Assembly: GCA_963813025.1 (NCBI GenBank)
Contig: CAWEXO010000013.1
Span: 416,001-480,000, forward strand
Length of the DNA stretch: 64,000 nucleotides
Reading direction: 5' to 3'
Origin: an uncultured Verrucomicrobiae bacterium
Lineage (GTDB): Bacteria > Verrucomicrobiota > Verrucomicrobiia > Chthoniobacterales > JAFAMB01
The notes beneath the pieces were generated by a model that had not been told where the DNA came from, did not search any database, and worked only from the letters and a program-made list of their open reading frames with translations. Positions within the stretch are counted from its first letter, which is position 1; each line of letters starts with the position of its first letter. Shown one piece after another: positions 45,484 to 56,878 of this stretch. Made by a program: the position numbers and the translations under genes.

Positions 45484-46160
45484 ATGTCTGACACAGTGAT
45501 CTCGGTCGAAAACCTCGGCAAGCTCTACACCGTGATCCACAAGGGCAACGGCGAGCGCTACACGACGTAATTGCCCGGCAAGCTGCTGCGCCCTCAGGGC
45601 AATTGGTGAGAAATTGCGGGGGCGAAGCGGGCCGAATGGTTCAGCTCCCCACGGTTCTGCTTCCAAAAACTCGGTTGACAACCTCTGGGCGCTTAAAGAA
45701 GTGTCGTTTGACGTTAAGGAGGGGATATGCTCGGTATCATCGGACGAGATGGCGCCGGTAAATCCACTCTGCCGAAGATTCTGAGCAGAATCACGGAACC
45801 AACCGAAGGCCGCGTAGCCAGCCTGCTGGAAGTCGGCTCTGGCTTTCACCCGGAACTGACCGGACGCGAGAACATTTATCTGAACGGTTCGATCCTTGAG
45901 ATGAGCCGGGCCGAGATCGAGGCCAAGTTCCGAGATCGTGGCTTTCGCTGAAGTGGAAAAGTTTTTGGATACCCCAGTCAAGCGCTACAGCAGCGGTATG
46001 TAGTGCGCCTTGCCTTTGCGGTCGCGGCGCATCTGGAGCCGGAAATTCTAATCGTGGATGAAGTACTCGCGGTAGGGGATAGCTGCATTTCAAAAAAAGT
46101 GCCTGGGAAAAATGAAACAAGTGAGCCGCTCAGAAGGAAAAACAGGGATCAGCGCCCTAC
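45484..46160 (+). pseudogene. wzt: ABC ATPase Wzt, copy 1, degraded
   Basis: [28 protein letters not shown]; in-frame stops, short deletions versus copy 3, no C-terminal domain. Confidence 0.85.
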
Positions 46161-46289
46161 GGAATTATGGTTTTTGCTGCCATTCTGCCTTGACAGTTCT
46201 TTGCGGATGCAGTTTCCGACTCCAGCCAGAGCCCGGTCGGCAATGCGAAGCTCATATCCGAGATTTATTTTCCTCGGCTTATCGTTCCA

Positions 46290-46712
46290 GCAAGCTCCGT
46301 AGGAGCATTGCCAGCGGATAAAACGCTCGCGGCCATCAACAACGCCGATATCTTTGTGCTCTGCAGTAAAACCGGAAGCAATGATGAGGCCGAAGGCACG
46401 CCCACGGTGATCATCGAAGCGCAGGCAATTGGCCTGCCCTGCGTCAGCACCACTCACGCCGGAATTCCCGAAATGATACCTCCTGAAAACCACTGGCTGC
46501 TCGCACCCGAAGGCAAGGTTGACGAAATCGCCGAACGGATGCAGTGGCTGCTTCAATGCCCAAAAGCAACTGTGCTGGAGTTAACCACTCGGGGACAGGA
46601 TTTCGTCGGCAAACATTTCGATCTGTCCACGGAAGCATCTAAATTTATGTCCCTTTACTGCGACATCACTGCCAAAAGAGCGCCTGCGCTTCCGCGGAGA
46701 ATCCTGGCATGA
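46290..46712 (+). pseudogene. GT4 glycosyltransferase C-terminal fragment (WcaL-like)
   Basis: ADIFVLCS...EAEGTPTVIIEAQAIGLPCVSTTHAGIPE; N-terminal domain absent. Confidence 0.75.
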
Positions 46713-48157
46713 GCTTGCTTCGGCATACTTTTAGCGCCGTCAAATGGACTACCGGGGCGAAGATCGCCCAACAGGGCCTGCAGTTCGTGATGTTTACAGT
46801 TCTCATGCGGCTGCTCGGCCCCGAAGCGTTTGGCCTCATAGGCATGGTGCTTGTCTTCTCCGGGTTCGCCGGCATATTCACCGAAATGGGCTTTGGTTCC
46901 GCCCTGGTGCAACGTGACAATCTCACCGAAGCGCAACGCTCGACCATTTTCTGGTTCACCACCGGGACCGGCGCGTTGCTGACTTTGGTCTTCGCCATCG
47001 CGGCGCCTTTCATCGCGGCTTTTTACAAAGAGCCTTTGCTGAAACCAATGACGATCTGGATTGCCCTAAGCTTCGTCTTCAGCGCGCCGGGAATCGTGCC
47101 ACGATCCCTGCTTATGAAGGCGCTTCGTTTCGATGTGCTGGCAAAAGTGGATGTGACCGCCATGTTAATTTCCGGGGTTGTGGCTGCGGCAGTGGCCGCG
47201 ACCGGCGGTGGAGTGTGGAGTCTCGTGGCGCAACAATTGGTGAGCGCGGGCGTGACCACTCTCCTCCTTTTTTGGTTCGGCACGTGGCGTCCTTGCTTGC
47301 TTTGGTCCTCCCAGGGCCTCCGCGAACTTTTCGGCTACGGCGCGGGTCTGACCGGTTTCAACATGATCAATTATTGGGCGCGCTCGGCGGACAAAATGCT
47401 CATCGGCAGTATGCTTGGCACCATCGCGCTTGGTCTGTATTCGCGTGCCTATTCGCTAATGCTCCTTCCACTGACGCAAATCGTGAGTGTCGTGACGCCG
47501 GTTATGTTTCCCGCCATGTCCACCATCAAGGACGACAAAGCGCGCGTCCGTCGGGTTTTCCTGCACATGACGACCTTGCTCACGTTTATTATTTTTCCCA
47601 TGATGCTTGGACTTATCGTCGTGGCCGACCCGTTTGTGAAAGGGCTTTTCGGCACACAATGGATAGGCGCCATTCCGTTAATTCAGATTCTCGCAGCCGT
47701 CGGGATGGCCCAGACACTTTGCAATCCGGTCGGCCTGATTTACACCTCTCAAGGTCGGACGGACTGGCTGTTCTGGTGGGGAATCGGAGGTTCGGGAGCG
47801 CTGGTGATTTCCATCCTAATCGGCGCTTTCCTCGGGAGTGTCAAAGACGTGGCCATCGCCTATTTCATCGGCAACTTACTTGTTACGGGGCCGTGTTTGG
47901 CCATTCCTGGACGATTGATAGGAATGACTTGGCGGGATGTATGGCAGGCCATCGCCGGAAATTTGGCATGCGCCTCTGGCATGGCGGTTGCGGTGTGGGG
48001 AATCTCTTGCGTTCTGCCCAAAGGCATGGCGCCGCTCTTGCAACTGTTGATTTTGGTGCCGTTTGGAATTCTCGTTTTCGGAGCTTTGGCTTACGTTTCG
48101 AAGCTCACGGTTCTGTCTCAATTGGCTCAGATGCGTTTGCGGCTCGCTTCAGCCTAG
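46709..48157 (+). CDS. wzx: Polysaccharide flippase (WzxC-like)
   Basis: RLLGPEAFGL, GFGSALVQ, GGGVWSLVAQ, LGLYSRAY; many TMs. Confidence 0.88.
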   Translation: MSLLRHTFSAVKWTTGAKIAQQGLQFVMFTVLMRLLGPEAFGLIGMVLVFSGFAGIFTEMGFGSALVQRDNLTEAQRSTIFWFTTGTGALLTLVFAIAAPFIAAFYKEPLLKPMTIWIALSFVFSAPGIVPRSLLMKALRFDVLAKVDVTAMLISGVVAAAVAATGGGVWSLVAQQLVSAGVTTLLLFWFGTWRPCLLWSSQGLRELFGYGAGLTGFNMINYWARSADKMLIGSMLGTIALGLYSRAYSLMLLPLTQIVSVVTPVMFPAMSTIKDDKARVRRVFLHMTTLLTFIIFPMMLGLIVVADPFVKGLFGTQWIGAIPLIQILAAVGMAQTLCNPVGLIYTSQGRTDWLFWWGIGGSGALVISILIGAFLGSVKDVAIAYFIGNLLVTGPCLAIPGRLIGMTWRDVWQAIAGNLACASGMAVAVWGISCVLPKGMAPLLQLLILVPFGILVFGALAYVSKLTVLSQLAQMRLRLASA

Positions 48158-48167
48158 ACGTCAAATC

Positions 48168-48830
48168 ATGATAGTAACCATTGAGGACTCCGGTATCGGT
48201 TACAAGGCATATTACCAAAAGTACTATGCTGACCGTGCTCTGGAGCACTATAGCTGGCTCTTATCGGACATCGTTCATTATGGCCGGGCTGGAAAAATTC
48301 TCGACCTCGGATGCGGGACGGCGCTGTTTGTTGAACTGGCATGCAAATGGGGATTGGACGCAATGGGATGTGATGGTTCTGAAGAAGCCTTGGAAATCGC
48401 CCGACGCCGTAATCCAAAATTGAATTTGTCCCACTTCAAATTGAGCTGCGACCTGCCGTTCGATGACACGTCCATTTCTAATGTGCTGCTAAACCAGGTA
48501 ATTGAGCACTTGCCGCCCGCCGTGCTGTCTCGCTTGTTGCTGGAATGCAGACGCGTGCTGCTCACCGGCGGCATGCTGTTTATTCATTCCCCGAACAAGG
48601 CGAACAAACACGAGGTCTCAAAAGATCCAACTCACATCAATCCGTTGTATCCCTCCGAACTGCGCGATTTACTCAATGCCGCCGATTTTGAGGTCATGGC
48701 CGAACCAAATGGACTGCGATTCTCCTGCGGAAACTTTTTGCCTTCGAGGATCAGCGGACTGCTTTTGCGTGGCCCACTCCAAAATTGGTTAAGCTCGACG
48801 ACCAATGCCTACGCCCGCAAGACCGAATGA
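48168..48830 (+). CDS. Class I SAM-dependent methyltransferase
   Basis: ILDLGCGT, LPFDD, VIEHL, DPTH. Confidence 0.85.
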   Translation: MIVTIEDSGIGYKAYYQKYYADRALEHYSWLLSDIVHYGRAGKILDLGCGTALFVELACKWGLDAMGCDGSEEALEIARRRNPKLNLSHFKLSCDLPFDDTSISNVLLNQVIEHLPPAVLSRLLLECRRVLLTGGMLFIHSPNKANKHEVSKDPTHINPLYPSELRDLLNAADFEVMAEPNGLRFSCGNFLPSRISGLLLRGPLQNWLSSTTNAYARKTE

Positions 48831-49600
48831 GAAAGGAAGCTTTTTGGACAGAAAGGTTGCGCACGCACGGCCATACCGGCTGGGCTGACCCGGTGATTTA
48901 TCCTTACGATCAACTTGAACGTCTCGCCTTGGTTGAAGCCACAATTTCCAAGTCTCATGTCGCCCGCGGGGCCGCGCTCGATTTCGGATGCGGTACCGGC
49001 GATTTTTCCAGATTGTTATTCAGACTTGGATTCGATGTTTTCGGTTACGATCCATTTGTGCGCCCCAATATTAATTCTGAAAATTTCAAGTATTCAAATA
49101 CCTATGAAGGCATCCCTTTGGAAAACAATACTGCCGCGCTTGTGGTTTCGATAACGACACTCGATCACATTCTGAAAGAACAAGACCTCCTCGAAGCCCT
49201 TGGGTTTATTCGCCGCGTGCTAAAAAAAACAGGCATTTTTTTACTTTTGGAATATGCGGTGGATTCGACTGCCGACCGGGAACGTCTTGGTTTGAAAAAC
49301 AGTTATCAGTCATTTCGGACACTGGCCGAATGGAGGACTTTGCTGGCTCAAACAGCTTTCAAAATTAATGACGTCCTCTCTGTTCCTCATCCGTTGTTTA
49401 GCCCTTCGCCTGGTTATTCAGCCTATATGCAGACCCCGATCGCACGATTGAGAAAACGCTGCGGGCGCCTCCCGTTGGCCAGGCATTGGTATGATCCGCT
49501 TCTCTGGCGGCGCGCGGCAAAATTGATCGAAGAATATCCGCCTGCATCGGATGCCAATGTCTCCACGCCGCTGAAGTTGCTTGTTTGTTCCGCGGCGTGA
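48827..49600 (+). CDS. Class I SAM-dependent methyltransferase
   Basis: ATGA overlap with the upstream gene; ALDFGCGTG, TTLDHI, RVLKKTG. Confidence 0.85.
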   Translation: MRKEAFWTERLRTHGHTGWADPVIYPYDQLERLALVEATISKSHVARGAALDFGCGTGDFSRLLFRLGFDVFGYDPFVRPNINSENFKYSNTYEGIPLENNTAALVVSITTLDHILKEQDLLEALGFIRRVLKKTGIFLLLEYAVDSTADRERLGLKNSYQSFRTLAEWRTLLAQTAFKINDVLSVPHPLFSPSPGYSAYMQTPIARLRKRCGRLPLARHWYDPLLWRRAAKLIEEYPPASDANVSTPLKLLVCSAA

Positions 49601-49649
49601 ATCCTTTTCATCAACTTCCGTTATGGACCGTGGTCCACAACCAATCTGA

Positions 49650-50192
49650 ATGGCCGCGCACGACAGTTTTTTGAATCCCACCTGCTCGCGTTCGACGCTG
49701 GACCTCTATCAATGGCGAAAGTCAATCTTGCATGCGCTGGTTGAGCAGCTTCCTGGTTTTGAAGGCACTTTCCTGGACGTTGGCTGCGGTCGGATGCCCT
49801 ATAAGCCTCTCGTCCTCGCCCCGCCCAGCTGCGTTCAAAAGTATATCGACATGGATTTGGGAATGGACAAATACGGCCAACCGGATTTGAAGTGGGATGG
49901 GCAAACGATTCCGTTGGAAGGAGGCCTGGTCCAATGCGCCATGGCAATAGAGGTGCTCGAACACTGTCCAGAGCCGGAAATGGTCTTGCGCGAAGTGGCA
50001 CGGGTACTCGCGCCAAATGGATTGTTCTTTTTTACCGTCCCCTTTTTATGGCCGCCGCACGATGCGCCGTATGACGAAAACCGTTACACACCTTTCGCCC
50101 TGGAGCGTCATCTTCGCAACGCCGGATTTGAAAACATCAAATTGAAATCCCTGGAACGCCAGCCTGGCTGGTCGCGTGCGTTGATTTCCTAA
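49650..50192 (+). CDS. Class I SAM-dependent methyltransferase, probably 3'-truncated
   Basis: FLDVGCGRMPY, EVLEHCPEP, RVLAPNG, TVPFLWPPH. Confidence 0.8.
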   Translation: MAAHDSFLNPTCSRSTLDLYQWRKSILHALVEQLPGFEGTFLDVGCGRMPYKPLVLAPPSCVQKYIDMDLGMDKYGQPDLKWDGQTIPLEGGLVQCAMAIEVLEHCPEPEMVLREVARVLAPNGLFFFTVPFLWPPHDAPYDENRYTPFALERHLRNAGFENIKLKSLERQPGWSRALIS

Positions 50193-50199
50193 TTTCCTC

Positions 50200-50512
50200 T
50201 CTGACCCGGATTAGTCGTGACGGCTTTGAACGTCAAATTCTAAGACTTTCGATTTGTGATCCCTTTCCTGGTTCAGTTCGGTCTATACCTTTGTCCGGTG
50301 GGATTCAGTAGCACCGTAGTTCGAGAGAAACTTGGGGATACCATTTTCATGCTCCACTCACTGAACCTATGGTCGGCATCATTGACGGCTTCCACAATCC
50401 GAGTATCTACCTGGCCGGCTTCTGCGTGTCCATATTTATTGCTGCGGTGTTCCTGATCGTCGGTATCTGGTACTTCCGTAAAACCATAGCGAACGTTTGC
50501 GGACATTATTTA
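50200..50512 (+). pseudogene. wzm: Wzm copy 2, 3' remnant
   Basis: TALNVKF*DFRFVIPFLVQFGLYLCPVGFSS...GIWYFRK...FADII, with stops. Confidence 0.75.
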
Positions 50513-50557
50513 GCCGCCACAAATTATTTGATTAAGAGTAGTAAATAGCCGACCGCT

Positions 50558-50745
50558 ATGGCCTCGGACGCCGTCATTAAAGTCGAAAACCTTTCGAAGA
50601 AGTACACCATCCGGCGCCAGACTGGTGGGTCCGGGAACGGATTACGTCATGTGGTTGAGGCTGCCAGTGGCGGCACCATTTAAAGCGTCGGGTCGAAAAT
50701 TGCGGAAGCACATGCGTCTTCTCTCAAGCGTCGAGTCAAAAAGCT
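50558..50745 (+). pseudogene. wzt: Wzt copy 2, 5' remnant
   Basis: MASDAVIKVENLSKKYTIRRQ...APFK, homologous to the copy 3 N-terminus. Confidence 0.65.
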
Positions 50746-50760
50746 GATCCATGCGTAGCA

Positions 50761-51918
50761 GTGCGATATAATTACTTAGTTTTCGGCCAACCGCTGATTG
50801 AAGAGGCGGAAATCGAAGAGGTGGTCAAGAGCCTGCGGGCAGCGTGGCTCGGGACCGGGCCCAAGGTCGCAACGTTCGAAAAACTCGTCGCCAAATACAA
50901 GGGCGTGCAGCACGCAGTCGCCGTCAATTCTTGCACTGCCGGGCTGCACTTGGGTTGTCTAGCGCTTGGCCTGCAGCCGGGAGACGAGGTGATTGTGCCG
51001 GCGATGACGTTTTGCGCGACGATCAACGCGGTCATTCATGCCGGTGCAACGCCTGTGTTGGTCGATGTTGAACGCGACACGTTCAACATGGATCCTAAAC
51101 AAGTGCGCCGGAAGATTTCCCCGAGAACGAAGGCTCTCATGCCAGTGCATTTCGCGGGTCGTGCCTGCAACATGGATGCATTAAGCTCACTCGCTCGTGA
51201 ACACAATTTGAAGATCATTGAAGACTGCGCTCACGCCATTGAAACGGAGTATCGGGGAAAGAAGGCCGGCGCGATTGGCGACTGCGGTGTGCTTAGTTTT
51301 TATTCTACAAAAAACATCGTCACCGGCGAAGGCGGCATGGTGTTAACCAACAGCGCCGAGGTAGCCGCTCGTGTCAAAATGTTGGCCTTGCATGGGATGT
51401 CGCAGGACGCCTGGAGGCGCTTTTGCGACGACGGCTACAAACACTACGAAGTCCTAGAAGTGGGGTTCAAATATAACATGATGGATTTGCAGGCGGCGAT
51501 CGGGATGCACCAAATCGAGCGCGTGGAGAAATACTGGCAAAGGCGGCTGGAAATATGGAAAAAATACAATTCGGCATTTGCCGGCCTGCCCGTGCGACTT
51601 CCTGCACCAAACGAAGCCAGCTCCCGGCACGCGCTGCATCTTTACACGGTCTTGATAGATGAAAAGAGAGCGTCTTTGAAGCGGGATGAGTTTATCACTG
51701 CCCTTCATCGGCGCAATATCGGCACGGGAGTACATTACCGGTCCATCCCGGTTCACCCCGTGTATCGGCACCGCTTTGGGTGGAGACCGGAAGATTATCC
51801 GAATGCTGGAGCCATTGGGCAGAGGATTGTATCACTGCCGCTTTCAGCTAAGTTAACAGATCAAGACGTTGAGGATGTGATTAGTACCGTCAGCGAAGTC
51901 TTGAACGCCGCTGGATGA
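50761..51918 (+). CDS. DegT/DnrJ/EryC1/StrS family aminotransferase
   Basis: NSCTAGLHL, IEDCAHA, SFYSTKNIVTGEGG, GFKYNMMD. Confidence 0.92.
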   Translation: MRYNYLVFGQPLIEEAEIEEVVKSLRAAWLGTGPKVATFEKLVAKYKGVQHAVAVNSCTAGLHLGCLALGLQPGDEVIVPAMTFCATINAVIHAGATPVLVDVERDTFNMDPKQVRRKISPRTKALMPVHFAGRACNMDALSSLAREHNLKIIEDCAHAIETEYRGKKAGAIGDCGVLSFYSTKNIVTGEGGMVLTNSAEVAARVKMLALHGMSQDAWRRFCDDGYKHYEVLEVGFKYNMMDLQAAIGMHQIERVEKYWQRRLEIWKKYNSAFAGLPVRLPAPNEASSRHALHLYTVLIDEKRASLKRDEFITALHRRNIGTGVHYRSIPVHPVYRHRFGWRPEDYPNAGAIGQRIVSLPLSAKLTDQDVEDVISTVSEVLNAAG

Positions 51919-53105
51919 ACATGACGCATACAACCATGCGAGTGCTGCACTCAGTCGCCACTTATCTGGGTCTTTCGGAGAATTGGATTTATCCGCAGAT
52001 TGTTCATGTTCCGGGCGTTGAAAGCCGCGTGATCTGTAGTTCGCTAACGAACCTCCAAGCTTTTCCCATCGACAGACGAGAACTTATAGTAAATCCGCCA
52101 CCGTGGAATTCGACATTCGGAATTCCTCGAGCGTTGAATGCGTTGGGGAGGCGTTTAGGTTTTGGTGGGTACGTGTCCAGATTGAAAATGCGCGTATGGC
52201 GTCCACAGATAATTCACGCCCATTTTGGCACGCGCGGAGTAAATTGTTTGCGTCTGGAAAGATTACTCAAGGCTCCGCTAATAACTTCGTTTTACGGATA
52301 CGATGCGTGGATGCTGCCGCGACTCGAACCGGTTTGGCTGGAGCGATATCAACAACTATTCACCACTGGCGACACATTTCTTGTAGAAGGACCAGCCATG
52401 CGTGATCGTTTGATCCATTTGGGATGTCCGCCAGAGAAAATTCGGGTTCACAGAATAGGAGTCGATATCGCTGCGCTTCCTTTTGCCCCGAAGGCGATCT
52501 CTGCCCCGCTTCAGATCGCAATGGTTGGACGGTTTGTGGAAAAAAAGGGGCTGACAGACGGCTTGCATGCTTGTCTTCTCGCGCGTTCGCGTGGTGTCGA
52601 TCTTAGGATAACCGTGATTGGGGATGCTTCAAACGGCGACAATGCTGGCCGCCAAATCAAGGAGGAATTAGCCAAGCTGGCCAGCGAGCCTAAATTGTCC
52701 GGACGTGTCGAGTTCACCGGGTTTCTGCCAATGGAGATAACCAGAGAAACCATTCGAGCGCACCAGATATTCTTGTGCCCGAGTAAACACGCGAGCGATG
52801 GAGACGCAGAAGGAGGGTCGCCAGTCGTCCTGACAGAAGCCATGGCGGCCGGCTTGCTTTGTATCGGTACACGGCACTGTGACATCCCAGAGGTTATCGT
52901 TGATCGCAAAACTGGTTATCTCTGCTCAGAAGGTGACGCCTCCAAAATGGCAGACGTTCTTTGCCAGTTGGCAGATGATTCCACTGGCGTAACTACGCTG
53001 GTCGCGCAGGGTCGGAAACATATCGAGGAGCATTTTTCTCTGAAGGCTCAGTTGCAAAAACTACGTCAGATGTATGGTTCACTTGTTGGTTGCCAATTGG
53101 TTTGA
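51915..53105 (+). CDS. GT4 glycosyltransferase (WcaL-like)
   Basis: IIHAHFG, TSFYGYD, GRFVEKKG, DGDAEGGSPVVLTEAMA. Confidence 0.88.
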   Translation: MNMTHTTMRVLHSVATYLGLSENWIYPQIVHVPGVESRVICSSLTNLQAFPIDRRELIVNPPPWNSTFGIPRALNALGRRLGFGGYVSRLKMRVWRPQIIHAHFGTRGVNCLRLERLLKAPLITSFYGYDAWMLPRLEPVWLERYQQLFTTGDTFLVEGPAMRDRLIHLGCPPEKIRVHRIGVDIAALPFAPKAISAPLQIAMVGRFVEKKGLTDGLHACLLARSRGVDLRITVIGDASNGDNAGRQIKEELAKLASEPKLSGRVEFTGFLPMEITRETIRAHQIFLCPSKHASDGDAEGGSPVVLTEAMAAGLLCIGTRHCDIPEVIVDRKTGYLCSEGDASKMADVLCQLADDSTGVTTLVAQGRKHIEEHFSLKAQLQKLRQMYGSLVGCQLV

Positions 53106-53109
53106 ATGC

Positions 53110-53560
53110 CATTTGTGTAGAGGCGCGATGAAAGAAGTCCAATCGTAATCCAATGTTAGCGCCTGTCTGGAAAGTGGTCGTGGGGTAATGCATTTTCCTC
53201 TTGGGGTATAATTGCGGGCTATGATCTTGGCACGTTATCCGACTGATTTGGCCGATATTGCTCCAGTCGGTATAAGTGAGATTCCGGCGCACTTTGTCTT
53301 AAAGGGAGAATTGCCGAGAATGGTCTGGAAAACTAATTCGTCCGGGCAATTGGTATTTACGAAGAACTTCATGATACGCGGATTGCGGGCAACGAAATTC
53401 CGGATATGGGTCCAGGCATCGTGCGTCAGCGCCCACCCATTCGCTGCCCGCGTACGCAGTGAGCGCGCCAAAGCATGTTTTGTAGGTGGCACGCGCGTAA
53501 AAATGACCATGGCGAGAAAAGGGCGAAGAACGGACGCCCCCTCCACGCGAACTGACTTTC
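53110..53560 (-). pseudogene. GT14 (core-2/I-branching) glycosyltransferase remnant, inverted relative to the operon
   Basis: WALTHDA...FFVNTNCPDELVFQTILGNSPF...NLTYTDWS. Confidence 0.65.
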
Positions 53561-53570
53561 GTGCTTCTCC

Positions 53571-56108
53571 ATGAGTTCGAACACTATTATTTGCGTCGAA
53601 AACGTCGGCAAACGCTACACCCTGCGCCATAAGGGCAAGGGCGAGCCATACACTACTTTCCGCGAAGTGATTGCCCGACACGCCGCAGCGCCATTCAAAG
53701 CAATCGGTGAGAAAATGCGAGTCCGGATCGGTTTGAATGGTTCGCATTCCAACGGTTCCACCTATCCTCCGTCCAACGAATCTTTTGAGAACGTTTGGGC
53801 GCTCAAGGACGTGTCGTTTGAAGTCAAGCAGGGGGAAGTGGTCGGCATCATCGGGCGAAATGGTGCGGGTAAATCCACCGTGCTTAAGATTTTGAGCAGG
53901 ATCACGGACCCAACCGAAGGTCGGATCCGCATCAGGGGGGGCGTTGCCAGTTTGCTTGAAGTTGGCACCGGTTTCCACCCGGAACTTACCGGGCGCGAAA
54001 ACATTTATCTGAATGGTGCAATCCTTGGGATGAGCCGCTCCGAGATCAAGGCGAAGTTCGACGAGATCGTAGCGTTCGCCGAGGTTGAAAAATTCCTTGA
54101 TACGCCAGTGAAGCGTTACAGTAGCGGTATGTATGTGCGGCTCGCTTTTGCCCATCGCTGCCCATTTAGAACCCGAAATTTTGATCGTGGATGAAGTGCT
54201 TGCGGTCGGCGACGCGGAATTTCAAAAGAAATGTCTCGGGAAGATGCATGGCGTTGCGGAACAAGAGGGGCGCACTGTCCTATTCGTGAGCCATAACATG
54301 GGCGTTGTGAGCACGCTCACCGAGCGGTGTATTTATTTGCAAGACGGACTAAGGTTCCCCCGTTTTGACGGACAGAGATTTTGGGCGCAACAGAGTGACC
54401 AGGAATGGAAAGAAGCTTATCATTGAATGCCGTGCCCAAGAAATACGATGAAGCCTTTAAGCGCCAGGCCGTGGAGCTGGTTCTGCAGGGCGGAAAGACG
54501 GTCAGGGAAGTGGCCGAGGATCTTGGGGTGAGCCAATACTCGATCTACCAGTGGAAGAAGAAGTTTTTCCCGCTGGCCGCCGTGGCGGGAGCGCCGGGAA
54601 AGCCGTCAGGTTGGGCCCGGATCGCCTGAGGATGTCGAAGCACTCCAGAAGCTGGTTCGCGAGCAACAGCGCCAGATCGCTGATCTGACGCAACAGCGGG
54701 AGATACTAAAAAAAACGCTGGGACATTGTCTGCGAGGGGCCCTCGGGCGCTACAAACGGATCGAAGAAATGAAGAACGGTTACTCGACAGAGGTGCTCTG
54801 CTCTGGCCTTCTGCGTCAGCCGGAGTGGTTTTTATGACTGGCTGGAGCGGCGCAGTAATCCCAGTGCTCGAGCCAAGGAAGATGTGCAGCTAGCTGAACA
54901 GATCAGTGAAGTTCACCAACAAAGTCGTGGTACCTATGGAACGCCGCGGCTGCATGCAGAGCTACGGGATCGAGGGCACAAGCACAGCCGGAAACGGATC
55001 GATCGGATTCGGCGCAAGCTCGGGCTTAGTGGCCGAGCAAAGCGGCGTTACAGGCCTCAGACGACCGATAGCGGCCATGATGAACCGATCGCTCCTAACC
55101 GGCTTGCCCAGCTGCCCAAGGGGAGCCGGCGCGACCAGATTTGGGTGAGCGATCTGACCTACATCCCAACCGAGGAAGGCTGGTTGTACCTGGCCGTGAT
55201 CATGGATCTGTACAGCCGGCGAATCATCGGGTGGGCTTTCGCGCATCACCTGGGCACCGAGCTAGTAGCCGCGGCCTTGGCGATGGCCCTGGTGCATCGC
55301 CGGCCGCCGGAGGGACTGATCCATCATTCCGATCGCGGTGTGCAGTATGCCAGCGCCGCTTACCGCCAGGTGCTCAAGGCGCACGGCGTGGTGGCCAGCA
55401 TGAGTCGTAAGGGGTGCTGTTACGATAACGCGGCGATGGAAGCGTTCTGGCAACTAACCAAACAAGTAACCATCAATAGAGAAATCAGCCCAAAATCAGT
55501 GTCCGGAAAATCGGGGCAAGCGCAGACAGATCGCGGCGTCCGGAGATTCGCGCGACATCGTGCAGATGTATTTGATGAAGTCGGTCGAAACGCAAAGTAC
55601 ACGCACGAAGGGCATCGAAACTTGCAGGCGCAACCAGAATAGCGATGCCCCTGTGAAAATTACGAGCATTGGGGTGAATGGGTGCGGGAGCCATTCGGGA
55701 GCTCTACCGAGTATCGAAATTGGCGCTGACTTCACCATTGATGTCGAACTCGAGCTCAGAAAAGTGCTACACGGTACAATGCTGGAAATATTGTTAAAAA
55801 CATCACACGGCGATCGTGTTGCGGTGCTGTTCTCCGTGGATCAAGGTTTCATTTTGTCTCTCGCTCCGGGACGGCATACGGTGACAGTCAGAGTTAGCAA
55901 CTTGCCTCTGGCCCCGGGGCATTACTTTGTTGACGTGGGTATTAATCAATCCGAGCAGACTATTGCTTATGACGTTATTGTTGATTTTCCCTTTTTCAAC
56001 GTCGTGAACAACGGACAAGTCACGCGCTGGCTGGATCGTGCGTGGGGACTATTGCATAGCAATTCCGTTGTCTGGAATACAGCGTCATCGTGCGGACAAG
56101 ATGAATAA
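53571..56108 (+). pseudogene. wzt: Wzt copy 3 with C-terminal carbohydrate-binding domain, interrupted by IS3
   Basis: [30 protein letters not shown]; removing the IS3 restores LQDG-QIAASG...LPLAPGHYFVDV. Confidence 0.88.
54350..55524 (+). mobile_element. IS3 family element, integrase C-terminus deleted
   Basis: IRs TAAGGTTCCCCCGTTTTGACGGACA / TGCGCTTGCCCCGATTTTCCGGACA; GAC duplication; YDEAFKRQAV, WVSDLTY, HSDRGVQY; ends at DNAAMEAFW. Confidence 0.88.
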
Positions 56109-56878
56109 CTTATCTGATTTCTGGAATGAGAGACTGGTCAAGTTCGGTCATACCGGATGGGCTGATCCAGTCATTTACGCTTATGATCAGCAAGAGCGAC
56201 TGGCCCTCATCGGAGCAGCCATAACCAAGTTGTCAATTAAGCGTGGTAGTGCGCTCGATTTCGGTTGCGGCGCTGGGGACTTCTCGAAACTCCTGCTTTC
56301 AAATGGATTTAACGTATGCGACTACGATCCTTACGTACATCCTATCATTAACTCCGCAAGCTTTACTTACGCGGACTCATTTCAACAAATCGAACTCACA
56401 GACCAATCTAAGGATTTGGCAACTAACAATTACAACATTAGATCATATCCTTGATGAGCACGAGTGTTCGATACTTTGTCTAAGATCCGTGCCTGCCTTA
56501 AACCTGCCGCTTTTTTTTAATGCTCGAATACGCTCTTGATTCTGCTACAGACCGTAAAAAGTTTGGGCTAAAAAAACAGGTACGAGTCTTTTTGACTGCT
56601 TCAGAATGGTTGGATTTGCTTAGCAAGAGCTACTTTCGTGTGGAGGAAGTTTTGCCAATGCCTCATCCACTTATAAGCCCGTTGTTTGGCTATGCCACTT
56701 ACAGCCGTAATTATCTCGCTCGGATTCGGCGGCGGTTTTCAAATTTGCCTTTAGCAAGATTCTGGTGTGATCCCGCTTTGAAATTGGTATGCAAACACAT
56801 TCGTCAAAGGGCCTTTGACAGCCCTTAGCCCCCATACCGACTCGCCTTTGAAGTTGATTCGCTCGCGCGCAGTATAGG
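56101..56878 (+). pseudogene. Methyltransferase paralogous to 48827-49600, frameshifted
   Basis: FWNERLVKFGHTGWADPVIYAYDQQERL, ALDFGCG, LEYALDSATDR. Confidence 0.8.
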
